53,242 bases of DNA, taken from the sequence record KY608966; one strand, written 5' to 3'. The position numbers and the translations under genes were made by a program. Origin of the DNA: Escherichia phage CF2. Every line of letters starts with the position of its first letter. Within the stretch, counting starts at the first letter, position 1. Below the pieces are notes generated by a model. It was not told the origin of the DNA. It searched no databases and saw nothing but the letters and a program-made list of their open reading frames with translations. Below are positions 42,652-50,087 of this stretch, in pieces.

Positions 42652-43529
42652 TTATTTTAAGGAAAGTTTAACGGGCTCCTCATCCTGTGGGAAGACATCA
42701 GCAGGGCGATACTCATCGCAAGCCGCTAATTGCTCTTCGATTGTTTCGAGCTCTTTCTGGTGCTTGTTGCAATACCACACTTTGCCCTGAAGCGGTTTAC
42801 TGTAATGGCAGGTTCTGCAGTTCCTGTCGGGCATTGCTCCTTTGTGGCACAAGTGGTGGTACTCACACATTCCTGGCTTGCACTCCCACCAGATAGGCGA
42901 TTCAGAAATCTTCGGCATATCCAAACCAGATTCCGCATATACAACAGCCTCCGCTTTACTCAGTTGTATGTCGCTTTCCAGTAAGTCAATCTCGACCACT
43001 TCAAAATACATCTCGTCGGTGTTCTTGTTGATTGCAATATACACAGCTTGGTTCAGCTTAAGCTTCCGCATGTATACCTGCATCTGGGCGTAGTGTACCG
43101 GCTTACTTGCTTTAACAGACTTGAGCTTGACTAACTCTTTAAACGACTTATCGCCATGCGTCTTGAATTCAGCAAGTGCCCATACGCCTTTGTATTTGAT
43201 CACACAGTCACAAGACCCAGAGAAAATGCCATTGAATTCATGTATGCGCCATTGCTTACCAGTCTTAGGATTGACGTCCAGCACTTCGTCACATACGGAA
43301 CGAAGCCATTTTATAATTCTGCTTTCTTCAAGGTTACCGCGTTCAAACAGACGAAGTTGCTTAGCTGTAAACTTCTCCTTGAACGACCAATGCAGAACGT
43401 GCCAAAGATAGCGATAGCAGTTGTGTCCTATCTGCGATGCTCCAAGATGCCCGCGTCGTTCTTCTCTTTCGTGGGCTTCGACTATCTTGATGTCAATACG
43501 TTTCTGCAGGTCGTCAAACGGACTGGACA
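42652..43529 (-). CDS. PD-(D/E)XK exonuclease, Cas4/YqaJ-like with Cys cluster
   Basis: 292 aa from ATG 43529, with GAGGAG upstream. Contains 'GASQIGHNCYRYLW', 'CDCV..ALAEFKTH' (D..ExK) and C-terminal 'CKPGMCEYHHLC..CRTC'. Confidence 0.7.
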
Positions 43530-43999
43530 TTGTTAAACTCCTCAACACTGAATTCATCGTACACAATATTATGTGCCCACAAATGAGCGACGGCATTTGC
43601 CATGCTATCCTTCCATTTGGATTGTGAAGCTGTATGTGCCAATGCAACTACACGTACCAGGTTAAGGTTGGCTATCAGCATGTCAGCACAATGTTCGCAC
43701 GGCGGGTAGGTTATGTAGATGGTAACAGGGCCTAAAGAAGGAGTGTCTAACTCACTCCTTATGTTAGCTAAGGTGTTTATCTCGCTATGAATAGTTAGAG
43801 CGTTCTTGAGGCTATTAGGCACTATTCTTATAGAGTCTAACTGCGTAGGCAGACCGTTATATCCAGTGGAAATAATACGCTTGTTCTGGTCCACAAGAAC
43901 GCTACCGACTTGACGTTTCGGGTCCTTCGACCAGCTTGCAACTTCACAAGCTATGCGCATAAACCGCCTGTCCCACTTGTCCATCTTCTTCTTTTGCAT
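43514..43999 (-). CDS. dCMP deaminase (zinc cytidine/deoxycytidylate deaminase fold)
   Basis: 'HSEINTLAN' (HxE) and 'PCEHCADML' (PCxxC). Confidence 0.85.
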   Translation of the reverse strand: MQKKKMDKWDRRFMRIACEVASWSKDPKRQVGSVLVDQNKRIISTGYNGLPTQLDSIRIVPNSLKNALTIHSEINTLANIRSELDTPSLGPVTIYITYPPCEHCADMLIANLNLVRVVALAHTASQSKWKDSMANAVAHLWAHNIVYDEFSVEEFNNVQSV

Positions 44000-44013
44000 G
44001 GTAGTCTCCGTAT

Positions 44014-44040
44014 ACGAAAATAGGGGCCGAAGCCCCTATT
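44014..44040 (-). terminator. cUUCGg-tetraloop terminator after the SSB-like gene
   Basis: The minus sense reads ataggggc-UUCG-gcccctat followed by 'tttcg'. Confidence 0.6.
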
Positions 44041-44060
44041 GAATATCTACTCGGCAGGGA

Positions 44061-44606
44061 TTATTCTTCCCAAGGAGCTGCTGCACCGTCATCAGCACCA
44101 GGTGCCGTTGCAGTAGCACTCGCCTTCGTTGAAGTACCCGCACCTGCACCTACTTTCTTCGTCGTCGATGCAGTTGCTTGAGAATGACCACCTACTGCAG
44201 TAGTTGCTTCAGTTGACGCTTTGTATTCGCGAATATCGTTCTGCGGGTCATACTCACCAGTCTTGTCAACACGAACACCGACTTTACCAGCTACGATACG
44301 GTTTTCCAGCAGATCAGTAGAAGTCAGTTCGACAATACCCAGTGCACGACACAGCGCAGACAGTTTGCGATGACCGATTTCAACAGCTTGTGCATTAGGG
44401 TTGGAGTAGGTAATCATGTCAAATACAACACGGTTAGCGAACTCACCTTCCTGCACTTTCAGACGCAGGGACAGGTAAGAACCAGTGCCTGCTTTAGTCG
44501 GCTTCAGCTCAACCTCTTCAATCATGAAGTTGTACCAGCCTTTCGGGATCGGGTCAAAAGACTGTTGCGGTTCGACGGTAGAGCTGTTGAAGTTTAATTC
44601 AGCCAT
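44061..44606 (-). CDS. DUF669-type single-stranded-DNA-binding-like protein
   Basis: 181 aa with a low-complexity Ala/Thr/Gly linker and an acidic tip 'APWEE'. Adjacent to the Sak4-like ATPase. Confidence 0.55.
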   Translation of the reverse strand: MAELNFNSSTVEPQQSFDPIPKGWYNFMIEEVELKPTKAGTGSYLSLRLKVQEGEFANRVVFDMITYSNPNAQAVEIGHRKLSALCRALGIVELTSTDLLENRIVAGKVGVRVDKTGEYDPQNDIREYKASTEATTAVGGHSQATASTTKKVGAGAGTSTKASATATAPGADDGAAAPWEE

Positions 44607-44678
44607 TGTTTGGTATCCTGTTTAAGTTTAATTTAATTTCGTTTAACGCTTTACCGGCAGCGTTCGGCCGTGATGCTT

Positions 44679-44708
44679 ATTATACGCCACTTTTTATCAT
44701 GGCGTAAA
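44679..44708 (-). promoter_or_regulatory. sigma70-type promoter TTTACG-18-TATAAT
   Basis: The minus strand reads 'gtgTTTACGccatgataaaaagtggcgTATAAT'. Confidence 0.6.
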
Positions 44709-44713
44709 CACTT

Positions 44714-45598
44714 TTATTCGCTGGTTCCTTTCTCAGCTTGAGCGGCTTTCTTCGCCATCCAAGCTTGGTGCTTCTCTTTCGATTCGTCTGAACCGATTTT
44801 AGTAAGCTGCACGTTCGGGTCTTCGTTCTGCATCTGTTCTGCAGCTCGACCTGTCAGAAGCAGGTAACTGTCTGACTCCGGATGGTAGTACCACAGCTGG
44901 TAAGGATGATAGCCTTGTAGCTTATCATAAATCCAACCAAGATCTGCAGGTTCACGTGCATCCAGCTCACGACCTGGTGCGTTACGGCACTTAGCTTCCC
45001 ATTGGTAGTCAGGCTGGGTCTGGATGTAGCGCTCGCTGTTACCGTTGGCGTCAGGCGCAGTCATACGTAAAGCAAGCACCGCATCCATCAGGTACGGCAA
45101 CTGCTTAGGTAGCTGTTGGCCAGGCATAAGAGGTGAGTACAGCATTGCACCAGTAACCTCGTCCTTGTTCTTCTCAAGCTTGCACAAGTATGCAACGCTG
45201 AAAGGCAGGTCACGGAACTGACGCATGATGTACATCATCTTGTCGTTGGTGTTACCATACGCCTGTCGTTTGTCATTAACCTGCGACTTCTCATAGTCCA
45301 GACAAACTTCAGCCACATCTGACAGCGAATCGAAAATCAGATGTTCATACTTCTGCGCATCCTTACTTTCGGTAAGCCATTTGTACAACGCCAGAATGTC
45401 GTTGAACGTATTGATTGGTGTAGAGTCGATGTCAGCATCTGCAATCGACATCAAACCGCCTTCAGCGTTAATAACAAGAACCTTATCGTGAGGCAAGGTC
45501 TTAGCCAGGCTGGTTTTACCAACACCTGATGCGCCGTAAATAGCGACCTTAGGTCGCTTATTTTCTACGGCTTGTTTAGTAGATACAATCTGAACCAT
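44714..45598 (-). CDS. Sak4-like / AAA_24 RecA-fold ATPase (recombination)
   Basis: Walker A 'IYGASGVGKTSLA' and Walker B 'HLIFDSLS'. Confidence 0.7.
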   Translation of the reverse strand: MVQIVSTKQAVENKRPKVAIYGASGVGKTSLAKTLPHDKVLVINAEGGLMSIADADIDSTPINTFNDILALYKWLTESKDAQKYEHLIFDSLSDVAEVCLDYEKSQVNDKRQAYGNTNDKMMYIMRQFRDLPFSVAYLCKLEKNKDEVTGAMLYSPLMPGQQLPKQLPYLMDAVLALRMTAPDANGNSERYIQTQPDYQWEAKCRNAPGRELDAREPADLGWIYDKLQGYHPYQLWYYHPESDSYLLLTGRAAEQMQNEDPNVQLTKIGSDESKEKHQAWMAKKAAQAEKGTSE

Positions 45599-45828
45599 TA
45601 GTGATAGTCCTCATAAAGTGATTCTTCATCGCAGTACATACGATAAAGAGCTTCTTCGGCTTCTTCCAGGGTGTCAAACTCCTCGCCACAGACGGAGTAT
45701 TTTGTGGGTTCATCGAATGACTCGACGATGTGCCAGTCATGATGAATACCGTATGTCCACAAGTCGCAGTCGTCTTTTGCAACAAGCTTACGTGTGGAAC
45801 GAAATTGTGCTAGAGTATTGATGCTCAT
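45598..45828 (-). CDS. Hypothetical protein
   Basis: 76 aa from ATG 45828, with AGGAG upstream. The longer track start would include the promoter. Confidence 0.5.
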   Translation of the reverse strand: MSINTLAQFRSTRKLVAKDDCDLWTYGIHHDWHIVESFDEPTKYSVCGEEFDTLEEAEEALYRMYCDEESLYEDYH

Positions 45829-45855
45829 ATTCTCTCTCCTCATGTGTATAGATGT

Positions 45856-45885
45856 ATTATACACCACTTACATGGGGTAAGTACA
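45856..45885 (-). promoter_or_regulatory. sigma70-type promoter TGTACT-18-TATAAT
   Basis: The minus strand reads 'gtagTGTACTtaccccatgtaagtggtgTATAAT'. Confidence 0.5.
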
Positions 45886-45888
45886 CTA

Positions 45889-46335
45889 CTATTTTACACT
45901 AACAGCTTGACACGATAGCCGCGACAAACCGAGGTTGGCTATGACGCCATCGAGCAATACTCCTGCATGTTCTTCGTTGTATGCTTCTACCCACAAAGGG
46001 ATGGTGACGCCCTTCAGATGGTCGCTATACACGTTGAACCTATATACCTGTTTGTGTGCTTTGTCAACACGTACAACAGTAAGGTTACCATCTTCGTAAG
46101 GAGGAAGCTCAACGCCTTTCTTACTCCAGAAGTTACGGAACTCAGCACTATTAACAATGCCGTGTACAACACGTTCTGTAAGCTCTGTTTTGAGGTCAGC
46201 ACGTGCCTTTGTACTGATAAAGAAACGACAAGAGAAGAAAGCATTGACGTTTAACACATCAACCGCGTACACAACGTTATGCTCTTCAGCAGTTGGTGCT
46301 TTATAAACAATATATTTAGTTTTGAACAGGTCCAT
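45889..46335 (-). CDS. Hypothetical protein
   Basis: 148 aa from ATG 46335, with GGAGAG 5 nt upstream. Confidence 0.55.
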   Translation of the reverse strand: MDLFKTKYIVYKAPTAEEHNVVYAVDVLNVNAFFSCRFFISTKARADLKTELTERVVHGIVNSAEFRNFWSKKGVELPPYEDGNLTVVRVDKAHKQVYRFNVYSDHLKGVTIPLWVEAYNEEHAGVLLDGVIANLGLSRLSCQAVSVK

Positions 46336-46383
46336 AGTACTCTCCAGGGAGGAAGACTGGCGGGCTTGCACCCGCCTAAGTTA

Positions 46384-47289
46384 TTACAGCAGTTCTGCTT
46401 TCAGGGCAGCGATACCATCAAGCAATGCTTTGATGTCCGGATTAGACGCTGCCAGGTCTGCAACAACAGACTGGCGACGACGTTCCAGCTCTTTCTCAAC
46501 TTCCAGGTCGAGGCGTGCTGACGCTTCACGCAGTAAGTCTTCAACCTGCTGACGACGCTGATACTTGTTAAAGTCAGGCACATCAACCAGCCATTTGAGA
46601 GTTGCAGTGTTGTAGCCAGAAGTATTGGCTGCACTTACAGACACAACATCAACAAGCTTGGTACCGTTAAGCTCCGGATAATTAACATTGCGAACGTCAA
46701 CAACAGCTTTGTCACCTACACTTACTTTGCCGATGTACTTGTAAGTGTACACACGACCATTCGGTTCAAACTTAACACCTACAAACTTCAGTTTGTCGTC
46801 AGCAATAACTTCTTCCTCAACTTTGAAGCTGATTGCAGTGTTCTTGACAGGTGCAGCCGCTTTGAGCTTAGCAACCATGTACTGTTCGGAATGAGACGGA
46901 CGGCACAGACGGAAGACGTCTTCATTGTAGGTCAGCCAGTTACCGGTCTCATCCACGCATGCAATCTGATTAGTGCCATCCAGTGAACGAACACCAGGGC
47001 GATTCTTCTCAACACGATACAGCTTACCTTCTTTCAGGTTAGCGTAAGAACGGCGAGCGATACCCCAGTTGTGTTTTTCAGATTCGTACTTAGCGAAACG
47101 ATCAACGCTGAAGTTCTGCTTCAGACCACGGTCGTCAATTACCCATAAGTTATCGTAAGCACCGCCGAAAGAACCCAGGTTGGCATACACTTTGCCCTGC
47201 GTCAACAGGGAAGTGTTTCCCTCGTCAACACAGATAACAAAACCCAGAGCTTCGTGTGCTTTACCGCTGCGGTCAAATACTGTAGTCAT
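46384..47289 (-). CDS. Hypothetical protein with internal repeats and C-terminal coiled coil
   Basis: 301 aa with recurring 'GK(V/L)Y..' beta-rich units. Confidence 0.6.
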   Translation of the reverse strand: MTTVFDRSGKAHEALGFVICVDEGNTSLLTQGKVYANLGSFGGAYDNLWVIDDRGLKQNFSVDRFAKYESEKHNWGIARRSYANLKEGKLYRVEKNRPGVRSLDGTNQIACVDETGNWLTYNEDVFRLCRPSHSEQYMVAKLKAAAPVKNTAISFKVEEEVIADDKLKFVGVKFEPNGRVYTYKYIGKVSVGDKAVVDVRNVNYPELNGTKLVDVVSVSAANTSGYNTATLKWLVDVPDFNKYQRRQQVEDLLREASARLDLEVEKELERRRQSVVADLAASNPDIKALLDGIAALKAELL

Positions 47290-47371
47290 TTCTTGTTTCC
47301 TTGTATACCAGTTTGATTGTATGCCAGAGTTATTCCCTGCGCATGTGCTTTATTGCTTAACCGTTAAAGAC

Positions 47372-47400
47372 ATTATATCATTAGTGAGTGGTGACGTACA
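47372..47400 (-). promoter_or_regulatory. sigma70-type promoter TGTACG-17-TATAAT
   Basis: The minus strand reads 'gtgTGTACGtcaccactcactaatgaTATAAT'. Confidence 0.55.
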
Positions 47401-47403
47401 CAC

Positions 47404-47694
47404 TTATTTTAAGGCAGAAGTGCAAATAGCATCACACAAACAATAATGAGCACGGTCGTAGTCTTCAAACAAGAACACTTCGCCATTGGCGACAACTTCA
47501 TTACTGTTGACCTGCAGGCTAATACCTGAATGCAGAAGCACATCCATAGCCTGGTCCTTATTCTTGTACGGGTCCCAAATAAGCTGGAAGCCTGACCCAC
47601 AAAGGAGACATCCCTTGAGCTCCGGAAGAGTTGACTCCTTCACAGTCACATTACAAATCTTAGCCAGTTTAGCACGAGAATCGAGAGTACTCAT
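47404..47694 (-). CDS. Hypothetical protein
   Basis: 96-aa ORF with an ATGA overlap to the upstream gene. Confidence 0.55.
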   Translation of the reverse strand: MSTLDSRAKLAKICNVTVKESTLPELKGCLLCGSGFQLIWDPYKNKDQAMDVLLHSGISLQVNSNEVVANGEVFLFEDYDRAHYCLCDAICTSALK

Positions 47695-47981
47695 TTACGT
47701 TTACCTTTACGTTTGTGTAGCGGAGTATATGTTTTCTTTGACACGCCAAACATGGCCGCATATGTACCGACTTCTTTCTTTGTTGGCTTATCCACAATCT
47801 CGTCAATCACGATTAAGTCATGGTTGATATTGCGAAAGACTTCAGCCGCTCTTTTCTCAACAGGAGTAAAGTCAATAACCAGCTCTTTGCCTATCAGGCT
47901 TTCTTTGAACTTGTCAAACAGCCATTTGTCTCGCGGACCAGGATTGCCCATAAACATAACACGCATCTGCTTATTGTCCAT
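47691..47981 (-). CDS. Hypothetical protein with basic C-terminus
   Basis: 96-aa ORF ending '..HKRKGKRK'. Confidence 0.5.
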   Translation of the reverse strand: MDNKQMRVMFMGNPGPRDKWLFDKFKESLIGKELVIDFTPVEKRAAEVFRNINHDLIVIDEIVDKPTKKEVGTYAAMFGVSKKTYTPLHKRKGKRK

Positions 47982-48049
47982 GGATGATATACCCCGTTAT
48001 TTGTGTTGCCAGGTACAAGCCGTATACCACACACCCAACGAGTATGGCA

Positions 48050-48388
48050 TCAAGAATCAGATGAGCTATCTTCACGTTTGACCTCCGGAAGTAATGAGTT
48101 ATCAACCTTGATCAGTACGTTACGGCTGTTAACCACTTCCAGGCTGGTGCCATCCTTTTTGTGGGTTACACGAATAAATGCAACACCCTCAGCCTGTGCC
48201 TGCTCGATAGCTTTATCCAGCACAACATTATCCTGTACCATATGGCGTACGCGAGGAAGGATATTGCAAAGAGGTTCCATCTCATCCATTCCTGCAGTAC
48301 GCATGACTGACTTGAGAATGCCAAGATGATGCTTATAACGGTCTTCAAGATTATACTTCTTGCTGTTATGCTTTAGTTCTGATGCCAT
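48050..48388 (-). CDS. Hypothetical protein
   Basis: 112 aa from ATG 48388, with GGAG 6 nt upstream. Confidence 0.55.
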   Translation of the reverse strand: MASELKHNSKKYNLEDRYKHHLGILKSVMRTAGMDEMEPLCNILPRVRHMVQDNVVLDKAIEQAQAEGVAFIRVTHKKDGTSLEVVNSRNVLIKVDNSLLPEVKREDSSSDS

Positions 48389-48396
48389 GTAAGTCT

Positions 48397-48427
48397 CCAA
48401 AAGTTAAGGGGCTTGAGCTAAGCCCCG
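48397..48427 (-). terminator. Rho-independent terminator or attenuator
   Basis: Stem ggggctt/aagcccc (48408-48414/48420-48426). The minus-sense tail is 'ttaactttt'. Confidence 0.5.
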
Positions 48428-48432
48428 TTTAA

Positions 48433-48882
48433 TTACTCGGCTTCTTCCGTAGCTGCCGGGGTGAATGTTACAGTCGGAATACCAGGCGAGGTCTTCACAA
48501 CAGGGTCGACGATAGCCAGTTGTTCTGGTGTCAGGTTACGGTATGCAGTAACTGACATTTCATATTTGGTTTTAAACAGCTTGGCAACAACAGTCTTCGG
48601 TAACTTCTTCATTACGTCAGGCACAAGCTTCTGGTCTAGTGAGCGGTTAACCTTCTGCTCAACCTTGAGTTTACCAGGTACGCCATGCAGGCTAAACTCA
48701 ACCGTTTGTGTACCTTCTTTACCACGATTGATAATCATGTCACGTTCAAGACGTGCTTTAATGGTCCGGCGCAACGTCTCCTGGTCAGCTTTCGCTTGTG
48801 CCATCCAGCGGTTCAGATTCGCCAGCTTGTCGTACAGCTGTTCCGTGTCCATCGATTCCAGTTCTTGTGGGTTCAATGCCAT
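48433..48882 (-). CDS. Hypothetical protein (coiled-coil N-terminus)
   Basis: 149 aa from ATG 48882, with GAGGA upstream. Confidence 0.55.
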   Translation of the reverse strand: MALNPQELESMDTEQLYDKLANLNRWMAQAKADQETLRRTIKARLERDMIINRGKEGTQTVEFSLHGVPGKLKVEQKVNRSLDQKLVPDVMKKLPKTVVAKLFKTKYEMSVTAYRNLTPEQLAIVDPVVKTSPGIPTVTFTPAATEEAE

Positions 48883-49153
48883 CAGTTGTTTCCTCAGGTT
48901 GCATGTGCATAGTTGCACCAATTAGTAGACAATAGTTATTGAACATTGTACGTAGTGCCTGGCCCGCAACAATATCCGTTATGTCTATTATACCACTTTT
49001 AGTGGTGACGCGTAAAGCTTTTTCTTTCTTTGTTTTTTCCACGAATGCAATGCTGATGATTTCTTCCGCATGAATTACGTGGATAGTACCTGCAAACTCA
49101 CCAGTCTTAGCTGGTGCCTGGTACACTAACGACATAGACGGTTGGTTACTCAC
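48785..49153 (-). CDS. Hypothetical protein (3' part overlaps a promoter and the next gene)
   Basis: GTG 49153 has AGGAG 7 nt upstream. It overlaps 48433..48882 by 98 nt, so the true extent is uncertain. Confidence 0.35.
   Translation of the reverse strand: MSNQPSMSLVYQAPAKTGEFAGTIHVIHAEEIISIAFVEKTKKEKALRVTTKSGIIDITDIVAGQALRTMFNNYCLLIGATMHMQPEETTDGIEPTRTGIDGHGTAVRQAGESEPLDGTSES
48987..49016 (-). promoter_or_regulatory. sigma70-type promoter TTTACG-18-(TGg)TATAAT
   Basis: The minus strand reads 'gcTTTACGcgtcaccactaaaagTGgTATAAT'. Confidence 0.6.
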
Positions 49154-49163
49154 TTAATTACTC

Positions 49164-49601
49164 CTATTTATATAAGTCCATCCAGTTACGATACTCATCA
49201 TAGAACCGGTCAAACTCGTTTTTGGTGAGTGCAATAGCAACACCATTTACCAGATGCATGGTTCTTGTTTTGATGTTGACATACATGACGTTGCTGTACG
49301 GGAACAAGCTACCGTCATTGTCAGTGAAGTAAGTCGGTGTAATATGAAGCGCATCGCGCAATGCAACCAGCGCTTCAACAGCTTCTGCATGACCGTCACG
49401 GCGGAATGTCATACAAGGCGGTGCACCGTCTTCGTCCTGGGTACCGCGCAAAGTAAGGTACACAGTTTCAGCAACATCATTGTGTACGACTACGCTGATG
49501 TCAACGATGTCACTGGTACGGAAAGTAACAAAGTGCTGTACAATTACCTGTTCGTCGGTATTAGGACTGACGCCCTGAAAGGTCTTGAGTGTGTGAAACA
49601 T
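49164..49601 (-). CDS. Hypothetical protein (first gene of the leftward replication-side unit)
   Basis: 145 aa from ATG 49601, with AAGGAG 8 nt upstream. Confidence 0.6.
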   Translation of the reverse strand: MFHTLKTFQGVSPNTDEQVIVQHFVTFRTSDIVDISVVVHNDVAETVYLTLRGTQDEDGAPPCMTFRRDGHAEAVEALVALRDALHITPTYFTDNDGSLFPYSNVMYVNIKTRTMHLVNGVAIALTKNEFDRFYDEYRNWMDLYK

Positions 49602-49632
49602 TGGTTGTATCTCCTTAACAGAATGTAAGTCT

Positions 49633-49661
49633 ATTATGTATATAAAGGAGGGGAAAGTAAA
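49633..49661 (-). promoter_or_regulatory. sigma70-type promoter TTTACT-17-CATAAT
   Basis: The minus strand reads 'ctaTTTACTttcccctcctttatataCATAAT'. It is divergent from the promoter at 49695. Confidence 0.55.
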
Positions 49662-49694
49662 TAGATATAAATGTATAAAATACATAAAAGTCTA

Positions 49695-49724
49695 TTTACT
49701 CTGGTTTAATAACGTGTATATAAT
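49695..49724 (+). promoter_or_regulatory. sigma70-type promoter TTTACT-18-TATAAT
   Basis: -35 at 49695-49700 and -10 at 49719-49724. Confidence 0.6.
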
Positions 49725-49754
49725 GAGAGCCTCACAAACAAGAGGAGAGACTCA

Positions 49755-50087
49755 ATGATAAAGCCAAAACTGTTGCGGCATATTCGCAACGGTATTAAGC
49801 TACTCGCCGAAGGCAATGAATATGCCTGCAAGCAACGCGGTATTACAAAAGTCGGCCTGTTCAATAAAGAGTTACCGACTCGCTACTTTACCAAATCACC
49901 ATTAACACTCGTACCTGCAGCGGAGTATTATAAAGACCCCGAAGCAGCTCGGGCTAAAATCAAGGAAGGTCTTGACCGACTTGTAGAGGAAGGCTATTTG
50001 ACAGTACGTCAACACACTGAATCATCTTATTACTACAAGCCAACTTCTAAGGTAACCAGCAATGACAATGACGAGTCAGCCGAGTGA
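49755..50087 (+). CDS. Hypothetical protein (possible winged-helix DNA binder)
   Basis: 110 aa with an AGAGGAGAGA RBS, directly upstream of the primase-helicase gene. Confidence 0.55.
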   Translation: MIKPKLLRHIRNGIKLLAEGNEYACKQRGITKVGLFNKELPTRYFTKSPLTLVPAAEYYKDPEAARAKIKEGLDRLVEEGYLTVRQHTESSYYYKPTSKVTSNDNDESAE

